From IMG/VR virus record IMGVR_UViG_3300037502_003770, positions 124,001 through 188,000 of that record: DNA of 64,000 nt; one strand, given 5' to 3'. Position 1 is the first letter of the stretch; every line of letters begins with the position of its first letter. The translations under genes were made by a program, and so were the position numbers. Below, one piece after another: positions 36,512 through 47,002 of this stretch. The notes under the pieces were generated by a model. The model was not told the origin of the DNA. It worked only from the letters and a program-made list of their open reading frames with translations, and made no database searches.

Positions 36512-37165
36512 AAGGAGATTAATTTTTATTTGTTTAATTTCTTCTTTAAGAATTTTCTTTACTTGTTTTTGTATATATTCTTCAAGATAATTTCTATCGA
36601 TTTTATTTGGATTAACAATATTTAGTTTAATATTTCTTTGATTACAAAGGTTTTGTAGTTCATCTATAATTTCTTGAGGGTCACGATAATCCACATCCTC
36701 ATAATAATTATCTACTTTTTTTATATCTATTTGAATAATGTATTTTGAAAAATTTTCAATTCTATCTTTATTTGATAAAATCCTATCTTCATACTCAAAA
36801 TTCCTATCATCTTTATTAGCAAATTTAAAATGGTTAAATGGTTGACCTTTATAAGTTTGTGAAAGTTTTCTACCATCTAATTTTAATCTAACAATAAAAT
36901 CTAAATCATATAATTCTTTTTCATTCCAATCATTATTTAATTTATAAAAACCAGTTTTTGATGATTTAGTTCTACTTAGTGATAAATAATTATATCCATT
37001 TATATAATCATCATCTTCACCATATTTTAAATAAAAAATATCATCTTTTAAAATACTTATAATACTACTTAACGTTGTAAAATGATATACTTCATCAGTT
37101 ACAGATTCTTTTAATAAACTCTTTACTTGTTTTTGTATATATTCTTTTAATAATTGATTTTCCAT
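36506..37165 (-). CDS. ADP-ribosyltransferase-like domain flanked by two tags
   Basis: VYHFT...LSLSR...LDGRKL...FEYEDRILS; LKEYIQKQVKSLLKE at the N-end and LEEYIQKQVKKILKE at the C-end. Confidence 0.6.
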   Translation of the reverse strand: MENQLLKEYIQKQVKSLLKESVTDEVYHFTTLSSIISILKDDIFYLKYGEDDDYINGYNYLSLSRTKSSKTGFYKLNNDWNEKELYDLDFIVRLKLDGRKLSQTYKGQPFNHFKFANKDDRNFEYEDRILSNKDRIENFSKYIIQIDIKKVDNYYEDVDYRDPQEIIDELQNLCNQRNIKLNIVNPNKIDRNYLEEYIQKQVKKILKEEIKQIKINLLL

Positions 37166-37236
37166 TAAAAATAACTCTTTTATATAAATAGGTTTTATTT
37201 TAAAATTACTATTTAAGAAAAAGATGATTATTTTTA

Positions 37237-40200
37237 ATGAAAGATATTAATGTAATAAATGATAATAATAAGATAGATTTAAGTTCTTTGAATAAATTTC
37301 TTATTAGTAAAGGTGATGAGTATTTAGAATATTTATTAATTAGTAATGTTTATAATAAAAATATTACAGAAGACAAAATTAGAGAATATGTTTTAAAAGG
37401 TTATAATATTAAAGAAGAATTATTAAAGTTTGTTACAAAAGATAAAGAATTATATTCATATATTAGTTTAATGAATAAAGTACTTGAAGAAATATATAAA
37501 GAAAATTCAAGCGAAGAAGATACTGAGTTTTATATATTACCTTTAGATTTTATTAAAAGTAATAAATATTTTTCAATAGATAAATTTTTTAGTGTATATG
37601 GTGGGTATGCTATTAGATTTATACCATATGAATTACAAACAAAAGAATTATGGGAATTTTCAGCTTTAAAATCACCTTATTTTATAAGTGATGATAGTTT
37701 TCCTCAAGAGTATAAAAGTTATAATTTATTTTTAAAATTAATTGAGATTGAATCATCTCTTATTTATGATGCAGCTGATAGTAATATTTTTAATAAAGAT
37801 GAGATTTATAATTTATTCGAGTTTACATACAAAAAATATATTAAAGAAAATAATGTATCTGAATTTTGGAAAACACATAGATATAACCCATTAGATTTTA
37901 AAGATATATATCTTAAATTAGCAAGTAATTTTAAACATGAATCATATTTAAAAAAATATGGGATTCCTGATATTCATGATGTACCTAGATTTGCATTTAA
38001 TGAAAGTAAGTCTTTATTAAAAGAAGAAACTTTATTGGATAAATTTAAATTAATGGATGAAAATAAGATTGATTTATTTTCTTTAAATAAATTTCTTCTT
38101 TCAAAAGAAGATAATTTATTAGAATATTTATTATTAGAGAATAATTTAATTTTTGGTTTAGATGAAAATAAAATTAGAAACTTTATATTAAAAGGTTATA
38201 AACCGTTAGAAACATTTCCTAATAATATAAAAATTGATATGGATTTAAAGGAGTATGTTAATGTATTATTAACTTTTGAATCTATTAAATATATTCCTAA
38301 TGAGAAATATACTGTTTCGTATGCTAAATTAAAAGATAATAAATATATTTCAATAGAAGGTCTTTTAAAATATAATTCTTTATTTATTAGGTATATCCCT
38401 GAAAATTTATTAACACAAGAAATATGTAATAATGTATATAATAAAAATTACAGAATTTTTAGAGAAATTCCAAATAGGTTTAAAACATATGAAATGTGTG
38501 AAAATGTTATAGGTAAAAACGCATATTTTTTTGTTTATTTACCTGACCCTTTGGATAATGGTACTTTAATTACGGTTCAGGAATGTTATAAATTATTAAA
38601 ACTTGCTCATACTTATTATATTGATAAAGATAAATTTTCAAATGGTGTTGAACAATTTTGGAGTGATGCTATTGTTTCAAAATTAGATAGAGATTATTTT
38701 GTTAGATTAATGTATGAAGTAAATGCACAAGAATATGTAGGAAAATACGGTCAGGGTGGTATTAAGAAAAATAATAATCTTCAAGAAAGTAACTCTTTAT
38801 TAAAGGAAGAAGAATTCTTTAATGTAGAACAACTAGAATATGATTCAGATAAAAATAAAATAGATTTACAAGAATTAAGTGAATTTTTATATAATAACGG
38901 AGATGATTATTTAGAATATTTATTAGCCAATAAAGAATATATTAAAGTTGATAGTAAAAATGTTTTTAGATTATATAAAAATAAAAATTTTAAAGATGTA
39001 ACTGAATTTTTAAATATTGGTTATGATTTTTTAAATGTAATATTAACTGACCCTATTGAAAAAAACAAAATAGAACAATTTTATTTAAAAAACCGATACC
39101 CTCATGATTATCCAGATATTTTATGGGAAAGTCGTGCATTTTGTGAGGCTGCTTTAATTAAACAAAAGAGTTGTTTATATAAAGTACCACTTAAATTTAG
39201 AGATTATAAAATGTGTAAGCTTGCTGTTAGTTTTGATGGTGATAATATAAAAAGTGTACCTGAAAATATTGAGAATTATTATTCTCTTTGTGAAATGGCT
39301 GTTTCTCAAAGGGCTTGGTCTTTGATGTTAATTGATAAGAATAAATGGGATTATAATTTATATGAAAAAGCTGTTTCTCAGAATGGTGGTGTTTTATTTT
39401 ATATACCTGAAAAATATAGAGACTATAATTTATGTGAAAAAGCTGTATCTAGTGAACCTAGTTCAATATATGATGTACCTAAAAATATTGAGAATTACTA
39501 TTCTTTAATAAAACTTGCTTACTCAAAGGATAAAACAGTTATATTAGATATGAATTTACCAAAAGAGTATTTTGATAAATTAAAAAATGATTTTCCTAAA
39601 GACTTTAATCTTCAAGAAAGTAAGTCTTTGTTAAAGGAAGGAATTACTGATGAGGTATATCATTTTACAACATATCAATCAGCTGCTGAAATATTACAAT
39701 ATAATAGATTTAAATTTTCTATTGAGACTGAAGGTGATTCTTTATCAAGGATGAATAATTACAAAAATTATATGTCTGTAAGTAGGACTAAGTCTTTAAA
39801 TAAAGGTTTTTTTAATACAATAAAGAATGGTGTTAATTTAGTTATTAGATTTAAACTTGATGGTAGAAAATTAGCTCAAAAATATAAAGGTATTCCATTT
39901 AATTATTTCCCTGCTTGGGGTAAAGAAAATTATGCTTTTGAATATGAGGATAGATTGCTTTCAAATGATGAATATATTGAAAATTTTTCAAAATATCTTT
40001 TATCTGTAGATATTATTGATTTAACTATTGGAAATAATATAAATAAAACAAAAATCCATACAATAAAAGAATTATCTCAAAAATTAAATCTTGTTTGCAA
40101 TGTTTATAAACATGATGATAATAATATTGTAAGAAAACAATTTCAATCCGACCCGATTAATTTTATTAAAAATAAAGGAACTTTTGTTTTAAATGATTCT

Positions 40201-42216
40201 TTTTTTACAAAAGAAATTGTTGATGAAATATATAATCATTTTAAAGAAAATATTTATACATATATTCGTTTATCTCAAATACCAGCTGAATTTAGAAATT
40301 ATGAGCTTTGTGAATTATATATAAAAAAGAACCCTATTAATATTATAGGAGTACCTTCACCAAATAATACTTTAATAAAAAACAATTTAATATCAAGAGA
40401 AGAATATATGTCTTTGGTAAGGATAGCTTTTTCTTTAGATAAAAATATAATAGATTATATCCCAGATGAATTTGAGAAAATATTAAGAGATGAAATTAAT
40501 AAAGCAAGTAATAATAATCTTCAAGAAAGTAAATCTTTATTAAAGGAAGGTATTACTGATGAGGTGTATCATTTTACAAGTTTAGAAAATTTTATTAAAA
40601 TAATGAATACAAATACATTTAGATTTTCAGATTTATTATATGATTTAAGTGATGTTATTCATAATACACCTTTAAAAAAATATAAATATTATATGTCTTT
40701 AAGTAGGACTGGTTCAATAAAAACAGGTTATGGTAACTATCAAAGTGATAATAGTAATTTTATTGTTAGATTAAAAATAGATGGTAGAAAACTTTCGCAA
40801 AGTTATAAAGGTCAACCAATAAATTATCATAATTATGGTAGAAAACAAAAATCTAGTAAAAAAACTAGTTTTAGATTTGAATATGAGGATAGAATATTAT
40901 CCAATAAACCAACTATTGAGAATTTTTCAAATTATGTTTTAAGTGTTGATATTATTAAAATTACTAATTCATCTAATAATTTTTTATTAGATGATGATAT
41001 GAAATCATTAGAATATATATTAAAAAATAAAGAAAATTATAACGCACCAATAAATTTCACAAATGAAAAAAATTCACCTCTTAATGAAAATAAATCTTTA
41101 TTAAAGGAAGGTATTACTGATGAGGTGTATCATTTTACAAGTTTAGAGAATTTAATTAGAATATTAAAAAGTAATTCTTTAAATTTAAGTTTTATGGATA
41201 ATGATATTAATCAGACTTGGAATAGGAAAGATAGCAATATACATAAAACTTTAAATAAATATATGTATTTTTTATCATTAAGTAGAACAAAGAGTATTGA
41301 TAAAGGTTATGCTCAAGTATTAAAATCACAAAATATACCTGTCATTACCAGAATTAAACTTGATGGTAGAAAACTTTCTTTTAATAATAAAATTATACCT
41401 TTTGATTATAATCAAACTATTAGCCGAAATGTTAATAAAAATGATAAATATTTTGAATACGAAGATAGATTAGTTAGTGATAAATCTTCAATTAAAAATA
41501 TAAATAATTATATTTTAGAGATTGATATTTTTATGTATTATAATTATGATTTTCAAAAAGATAGTTTTTTATTCTTAAAAGAATATCAAAATACCACAAA
41601 TATACCGATAAAAGTTTTTAATAAAGTAAAAAATAATTCTTTAAATGAAAGTAAATTATTATTAAAGGAAGATTATACAGAGGAAGAAGTTTTAGAAGAA
41701 ATAAGTGATAAAAATAAAATAGATTTAATTTCTTTAAATAAATTTCTAAAAGAAAATAATGATGATTATTTAGAATATTTATTATTTTATAATGATTTTT
41801 TAAATATAGAAAGAAATATTATAAAAATAGTAAAAAATAAATACATTACAGGTTTTGGTAGTTTCCCAATAAAATATTTATATCAACCAAAAGTAATAAG
41901 AGAAATAGTATTAAGAAATCCTGAATTATTAGAAAGATTGAATTTATATTACTTAGAAAGAATGGAAGATAGTAAACAGGAAATGAAAGATATTTACAAA
42001 TACGCTGTAATAAATAAACCAAATATGTTATCACGTATACCAACTAATCTACCTTATTATGATGAACTGCTTGAGGTGATGTTTCAAAAAGATAGAGGTA
42101 ACTTATTTGATTTATTAATTATTCAACCAAAATCTATTCAACAAAGTAATATGTTAAATAAAGTAATATCTTTTTTACAAAATAAAGGTTATACTTTAGG
42201 AAAAAATCCTTCTTAA
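37237..42216 (+). CDS. 1659 aa seven-module polyprotein (4 DUF4116-family-type modules and 3 ART-like modules)
   Basis: Six (L/F)(Q/N)E(S/N)(K/N)(S/L)LLKE linkers at 37996, 38779, 39610, 40519, 41080, 41641. Confidence 0.75.
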   Translation: MKDINVINDNNKIDLSSLNKFLISKGDEYLEYLLISNVYNKNITEDKIREYVLKGYNIKEELLKFVTKDKELYSYISLMNKVLEEIYKENSSEEDTEFYILPLDFIKSNKYFSIDKFFSVYGGYAIRFIPYELQTKELWEFSALKSPYFISDDSFPQEYKSYNLFLKLIEIESSLIYDAADSNIFNKDEIYNLFEFTYKKYIKENNVSEFWKTHRYNPLDFKDIYLKLASNFKHESYLKKYGIPDIHDVPRFAFNESKSLLKEETLLDKFKLMDENKIDLFSLNKFLLSKEDNLLEYLLLENNLIFGLDENKIRNFILKGYKPLETFPNNIKIDMDLKEYVNVLLTFESIKYIPNEKYTVSYAKLKDNKYISIEGLLKYNSLFIRYIPENLLTQEICNNVYNKNYRIFREIPNRFKTYEMCENVIGKNAYFFVYLPDPLDNGTLITVQECYKLLKLAHTYYIDKDKFSNGVEQFWSDAIVSKLDRDYFVRLMYEVNAQEYVGKYGQGGIKKNNNLQESNSLLKEEEFFNVEQLEYDSDKNKIDLQELSEFLYNNGDDYLEYLLANKEYIKVDSKNVFRLYKNKNFKDVTEFLNIGYDFLNVILTDPIEKNKIEQFYLKNRYPHDYPDILWESRAFCEAALIKQKSCLYKVPLKFRDYKMCKLAVSFDGDNIKSVPENIENYYSLCEMAVSQRAWSLMLIDKNKWDYNLYEKAVSQNGGVLFYIPEKYRDYNLCEKAVSSEPSSIYDVPKNIENYYSLIKLAYSKDKTVILDMNLPKEYFDKLKNDFPKDFNLQESKSLLKEGITDEVYHFTTYQSAAEILQYNRFKFSIETEGDSLSRMNNYKNYMSVSRTKSLNKGFFNTIKNGVNLVIRFKLDGRKLAQKYKGIPFNYFPAWGKENYAFEYEDRLLSNDEYIENFSKYLLSVDIIDLTIGNNINKTKIHTIKELSQKLNLVCNVYKHDDNNIVRKQFQSDPINFIKNKGTFVLNDSFFTKEIVDEIYNHFKENIYTYIRLSQIPAEFRNYELCELYIKKNPINIIGVPSPNNTLIKNNLISREEYMSLVRIAFSLDKNIIDYIPDEFEKILRDEINKASNNNLQESKSLLKEGITDEVYHFTSLENFIKIMNTNTFRFSDLLYDLSDVIHNTPLKKYKYYMSLSRTGSIKTGYGNYQSDNSNFIVRLKIDGRKLSQSYKGQPINYHNYGRKQKSSKKTSFRFEYEDRILSNKPTIENFSNYVLSVDIIKITNSSNNFLLDDDMKSLEYILKNKENYNAPINFTNEKNSPLNENKSLLKEGITDEVYHFTSLENLIRILKSNSLNLSFMDNDINQTWNRKDSNIHKTLNKYMYFLSLSRTKSIDKGYAQVLKSQNIPVITRIKLDGRKLSFNNKIIPFDYNQTISRNVNKNDKYFEYEDRLVSDKSSIKNINNYILEIDIFMYYNYDFQKDSFLFLKEYQNTTNIPIKVFNKVKNNSLNESKLLLKEDYTEEEVLEEISDKNKIDLISLNKFLKENNDDYLEYLLFYNDFLNIERNIIKIVKNKYITGFGSFPIKYLYQPKVIREIVLRNPELLERLNLYYLERMEDSKQEMKDIYKYAVINKPNMLSRIPTNLPYYDELLEVMFQKDRGNLFDLLIIQPKSIQQSNMLNKVISFLQNKGYTLGKNPS

Positions 42217-42236
42217 TTAGAAGGATTTATTTTTTT
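42203..42236. terminator. bidirectional terminator between convergent genes
   Basis: AAATCCTTCT-taatt-AGAAGGATTT. Confidence 0.7.
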
Positions 42237-42258
42237 ATAATAAGATACCTCGTTTATT

Positions 42259-43221
42259 TTATTTAAATTTTTCATTTTTTATACCCATTTTATAATATTT
42301 TTCAAAAGTAAATTTTGCTTTAGTTAGTTGTATTTTTAAAAATTCCCAATACTTTTTAAAAATCTTTTTTAATATAAAAGAAATTCTTTTATAATGTTTT
42401 AATTCCACATAAGAATATAGTTTATTAAAATCATTAGTTATTTGATTATCTTTAATATTATTAAATATTGGTTTTAAACTATCCAATAGATATCTTGTAA
42501 TACCATCATCATATACAACATCATCAATATTTTTATATAATTCATATTCATTATTTGTTAAAATATTTTCAATATCTTGATAATATATTTTATATATCTT
42601 TGTTTTAGTTTTATCAGCTTTACATCTACCAAATACATAAAAATTAATAGTATTTGCTCTAATTTCTTGGTCGGACAAATAATAAATCATCCTTTTATCT
42701 ATTACAAGTGTTAATTCTTGAATAATTTCTTTTTCATTATTATAAGATTTGTATAAGTTATTTAAATATTTATTAGATGTATTATTAATGTTTTCGATTT
42801 CATCAAAATAATGTCTTAATTCATGAAAAACTGTTCTATATAATCTTTTTAGATAAGCGTGTTTATAATTTATCTTATCATCAATATCTAAATCTATCGC
42901 ATCATTAATATAATAATTATTAATTATAATTTCATGTATCCTAGAGTTTTTAAAATAATTACCTAATAACTCTTCTTTTTTATCAGATATTACATTTATT
43001 CGTAAATCTTTTTCTTTATTAAATTTTATATTAAAAAAATCAGAGTTAAAATCATATATATTATTATTATCAAAATTATAATATAACGACAACCGTTTAT
43101 TTAATTCAAAAGTTTTTAAATTAATAACAGAAAATATTTTTTTTGTTATATTAAAAGCAAGTTCTTTAATTCTTTTATTTATAATATTTTCTGATACTTT
43201 ATATTCGTTTAATTTTTTCAT
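42259..43221 (-). CDS. HExxH zincin-like protein
   Basis: TVFHELRHYFD...QEIRAN; N-terminal MKKLNE. Confidence 0.55.
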   Translation of the reverse strand: MKKLNEYKVSENIINKRIKELAFNITKKIFSVINLKTFELNKRLSLYYNFDNNNIYDFNSDFFNIKFNKEKDLRINVISDKKEELLGNYFKNSRIHEIIINNYYINDAIDLDIDDKINYKHAYLKRLYRTVFHELRHYFDEIENINNTSNKYLNNLYKSYNNEKEIIQELTLVIDKRMIYYLSDQEIRANTINFYVFGRCKADKTKTKIYKIYYQDIENILTNNEYELYKNIDDVVYDDGITRYLLDSLKPIFNNIKDNQITNDFNKLYSYVELKHYKRISFILKKIFKKYWEFLKIQLTKAKFTFEKYYKMGIKNEKFK

Positions 43222-43224
43222 GTT

Positions 43225-45411
43225 TTATCTACGTTTAACTACATAATAAGTATTATTTTCAAATTCAAAATCACCTAAAATAGTTTCATAAGCTAATATA
43301 TCATGTGCGCTGTATTCATATATAGTATTACTTACTAATTCTGTAATATAATCACTATACTTAGAACTATTACCAGTAAAATCAATATATTGTATTAGAT
43401 TTGAATAGCCATATAATTCAGTTACATAATCATTTATTATATTAATCATTTTTCCTTGTAATACTTTTTCTTTTACTTTTTCTTTTAACAAATTTATATA
43501 GTCTTCATCTAATATATCAGAATTATTATTGTTATATGATAAATAAAAAGCAATAGGATATTTATATTTTTTTCTTTTACTATAAAGATAAAGGTTTAAT
43601 CGATAAATATAATTTGATAGATTATTACCTTTTGGTACAACAAGAATATTAGCTTTTTCAAAATAAAATGTACTCTTATATAATTTTTTTATTTTATCAC
43701 ATAATTCAATTATCTCAGAATTATTTTCTTTTTTAGCTATTGCTTTTACTGTATATAATAAATTTTTTATGAAAAAATCATTATTAGGTCCAGGTAGTCT
43801 TATTTCATAAAACATGTTTTCTTTTTGATTTAAATAAAATTCATTTTCTTTTTCATTATTATTTGAATAATTTAAATAATGTCTATTTAAAAGTTCGTAT
43901 AATTTATATGGTTTACTTTGATAATAATTTAAATATTCAAACGGAAAAATATTTCTATCTAATTCAAGAAATTCTGTATATTTTTTTAAATCATTAATAA
44001 AATTTTGTCTATTACCGTTATATAAATTTTTTATTATACCATTTATATTAAATATTTTTTCATTATAGAATATATCAGTAAATAAATTTAAATCATTAAA
44101 ACTATATTCTAAATTATCAATAATATACTGACGAATTTCATCTGAGTCAAAATTATCATTTATATTATCCTCATTCCATTCTAATTTATCTAAAAATTGG
44201 TTAATATATTTTTTATTTTCAGCAAAGTCATCATAATAAGAACCAAAATTATCACGATAGAAAGAATCATATAAACTATCATGTTCATATACTTCATATT
44301 TATCACCGTCATTATCTATATAAACATTAGGTTCTGGTTCATCTACGATTTTAACTCCTAGGAAATCAGCTAAAGCTTCTTCAAAAGTTTCACTTTCTAC
44401 TTCTAACCCATCTGGTGTTAAAAACTTAGCTTTTAAACCATTATCAAGATATGGTAAAGATAACCCTTTAACGGCTGTACCATGATATGTTTCAGTAGTA
44501 TTTGTTGTTACTTTAAAACCTAGATTATTATTAATATAATTTTTTATTAAGTCACTATCTAAAACACCGTAAGTTCTATCTAAATAAAATTCACCTTTTT
44601 CTTTATAAAGAGTTTCTATATAACGAATAATATTTCTACTTAAAGGTGTATAATTAACTTTATTACCAGCTTGGTCAATAAAAGGTTCATCATATATCAT
44701 ATAACAGACTTTCATATTTTTATCAAAAACATTATTAAGAAGTTTTTGATTATGTGAACCATTATATAAATTTTGACAACTATTAAAAAAACAACTTACT
44801 GACATATTTAATACGTCAATAGGTTTATCACTTATATAAATATAAGCTTTCTTTAATTTATTATTATTTACAATTAAAGTTAAATTTGTTATACCATTAA
44901 TAATACCGTTAATTGTTTTTTCTTCAGATTTTAAATCTTGTGAAGTATATGATAAATTAAAATTATTTTTTTCACAATGGGTTAAAAAATTATAAAGAGA
45001 TGTTTTATTATTAGATATCTCTAATGTTTGAAAATTCTTTATTAAATAATATTCTTTACTTAGTATTTTTCTAATTTCATCTACCATTAAATAATCATCT
45101 TCATCACTAACATTATGATTAATATTTTTTAAAACATTAATTTTTGTTAGATAATCAACCAATTCAGATTTAGCAAATTTAGTTTTACGCAATTGTTTAA
45201 TTATATTTTTACTATTCTGTTTAATAATCTGTTCTTTAATAACTGATAATAATTTTTGGTCAGTTATTTCTTTTTTAATATTAGGTATTATAGGATTTTT
45301 TTCAGGAACTTCTAAATCAAGAGCTTTATCACCATGTTTTACAGCTTTTTGCATGTATTGAGGTACTACATCTCTAAACTTTGCTTCATCTATATATTTT
45401 CTTTTCATCAT
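43225..45411 (-). CDS. large hypothetical protein
   Basis: 728 aa; DVLNMS..FFNSCQ..LDRTYG; no confident family. Confidence 0.75.
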   Translation of the reverse strand: MMKRKYIDEAKFRDVVPQYMQKAVKHGDKALDLEVPEKNPIIPNIKKEITDQKLLSVIKEQIIKQNSKNIIKQLRKTKFAKSELVDYLTKINVLKNINHNVSDEDDYLMVDEIRKILSKEYYLIKNFQTLEISNNKTSLYNFLTHCEKNNFNLSYTSQDLKSEEKTINGIINGITNLTLIVNNNKLKKAYIYISDKPIDVLNMSVSCFFNSCQNLYNGSHNQKLLNNVFDKNMKVCYMIYDEPFIDQAGNKVNYTPLSRNIIRYIETLYKEKGEFYLDRTYGVLDSDLIKNYINNNLGFKVTTNTTETYHGTAVKGLSLPYLDNGLKAKFLTPDGLEVESETFEEALADFLGVKIVDEPEPNVYIDNDGDKYEVYEHDSLYDSFYRDNFGSYYDDFAENKKYINQFLDKLEWNEDNINDNFDSDEIRQYIIDNLEYSFNDLNLFTDIFYNEKIFNINGIIKNLYNGNRQNFINDLKKYTEFLELDRNIFPFEYLNYYQSKPYKLYELLNRHYLNYSNNNEKENEFYLNQKENMFYEIRLPGPNNDFFIKNLLYTVKAIAKKENNSEIIELCDKIKKLYKSTFYFEKANILVVPKGNNLSNYIYRLNLYLYSKRKKYKYPIAFYLSYNNNNSDILDEDYINLLKEKVKEKVLQGKMINIINDYVTELYGYSNLIQYIDFTGNSSKYSDYITELVSNTIYEYSAHDILAYETILGDFEFENNTYYVVKRR

Positions 45412-46211
45412 TATTCAGGTTTATTAATATTATTTTTGATACTAAATAATTCTTGGTTATTAACACTATATTTATTAATAATTGAAGTTGGTGCTTTCAC
45501 TATTTGGAAATCTGATTTCTTAATAAGATAACCTCTTAAAACAACTTTAAATACTTTTACATAATATCTTTTTCCTTCAAGGTCATTTAATGTTCCATCG
45601 GAACTAACATCTTCAAGATTTAAAGGCATGTAATGACCGTTTACATTAATATATAATTGTCTTTCATTAAACTTATTTAAATAAAGTTCAACCATTTCAT
45701 TTACATCGGTTATAAAAGCTGATATTAATCTTATTTCATATTCAATATCTATTGGAGTTGGTTGAGTTATTTTATAATGAATATATGTTAACATATCATT
45801 TTCAATAACAGGCATTTTATAATAACTAAAAGCTTTTTTATTAGGAATATTAAATTTCTCTCCGTAGATAGTTCCTTTAAGAATATTGGTTCTTTCCATT
45901 GTTATAAATGGAGGAACAAGGTTTTTATTATCATCTTGCAAGTGCCAAGTTTTTTGAAATTCACCCCATCTTTCATTATTCATAAAAATTGTATCAACTT
46001 TAACTCTTTCATCATTTTCACTAAGAATTGATAATGATAAATCACCTTCATTTGTACAATTAAATACAGCAATATCCAAATCGGCAATATCAATACTTTG
46101 AGGTAAAAAAGTAGAGTTTTCATCTGTTTGATTTAACAGTTCTTCAACACGAACAATTCCAACATTTGTAGGGTATGTATTTCTTAAAGAAGTTTTTTTA
46201 GGTAGAGCCAT
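45411..46211 (-). CDS. tail completion / sheath terminator (T4 gp15-like)
   Basis: VPPFITMER and QPTPIDIEYEIRLISAFITDVNEMVE resemble gp15-family motifs; structural gene context. Confidence 0.55.
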   Translation of the reverse strand: MALPKKTSLRNTYPTNVGIVRVEELLNQTDENSTFLPQSIDIADLDIAVFNCTNEGDLSLSILSENDERVKVDTIFMNNERWGEFQKTWHLQDDNKNLVPPFITMERTNILKGTIYGEKFNIPNKKAFSYYKMPVIENDMLTYIHYKITQPTPIDIEYEIRLISAFITDVNEMVELYLNKFNERQLYINVNGHYMPLNLEDVSSDGTLNDLEGKRYYVKVFKVVLRGYLIKKSDFQIVKAPTSIINKYSVNNQELFSIKNNINKPE

Positions 46212-46965
46212 TTACTTTTCTTTTAAATAGTAATTCTTTTAAAAGTTTTTTTACCTCTCTTGAAATATATTCTCTTAAATTAAACTTCTCTTTTATTTGT
46301 TTTAATATCAAAGGGTCTTCTATATAGTAAATAAGGGTTTTATCATTAGAAACAACTATTTCCCAAAGGTGAAAATCTTGTAAATGTTTAGGTACATGAA
46401 ATATTGAATCAGAAAAACTTAAAACAGCTTTTTCACAAAGAGAGTAATCTATAATTTTTTTAGATACATATGGTAAACAACCATATTGAGACGTAACAGC
46501 TTTTTCACAAAGAGAGTAATAATTTTCAATATTATCAGGTACAAATTGTAAAGCTGTGCCATCTTGAGAAATAGCTTTCTCGCAAAGAGAATAATCTCTT
46601 AATTCTTCTGGCACAAATTCTAAAGCTGTTCCATTTGTAAAAACAGCTTTCTCACAAATAGAATAATCTCTTAAATGTTTAGATACAAATTCTAAAATCC
46701 AACCATTTTTAGAAACAGCTTTTTCACGAAAAGAATATATATTCCATAATTCTTTTGGTATACGTTTAATATCATCTTCTTCATTGCTGTATATTATACT
46801 TATATAATAATTTAGTAATCTTTTATTAGAAAGGTTTTTTTCTTTAAAACCATTTACTTGCAATAATATATCTATTAAATCATCTCCTTTCTCAAGTAAA
46901 AAATTATTTAAAGAAAGTAAATCTATTTTATGTTTATCACTTATATTTTCTAACTTATTATTCAT
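46198..46965 (-). CDS. DUF4116-like repeat protein with C-terminal tag
   Basis: 25 aa repeats VPEELRDYSLCEKAxxxGxALxF; tail LREYISREVKKLLKE. Confidence 0.8.
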   Translation of the reverse strand: MNNKLENISDKHKIDLLSLNNFLLEKGDDLIDILLQVNGFKEKNLSNKRLLNYYISIIYSNEEDDIKRIPKELWNIYSFREKAVSKNGWILEFVSKHLRDYSICEKAVFTNGTALEFVPEELRDYSLCEKAISQDGTALQFVPDNIENYYSLCEKAVTSQYGCLPYVSKKIIDYSLCEKAVLSFSDSIFHVPKHLQDFHLWEIVVSNDKTLIYYIEDPLILKQIKEKFNLREYISREVKKLLKELLFKRKVNGST

Positions 46966-47002
46966 TATAAAAAATTACTTTTCTTTTAAATAGTAATTCT
47001 TT
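46212..47002. repeat. 28 bp perfect direct repeat flanking gene 46198-46965
   Basis: TTACTTTTCTTTTAAATAGTAATTCTTT at 46212-46239 and 46975-47002. Confidence 0.85.
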
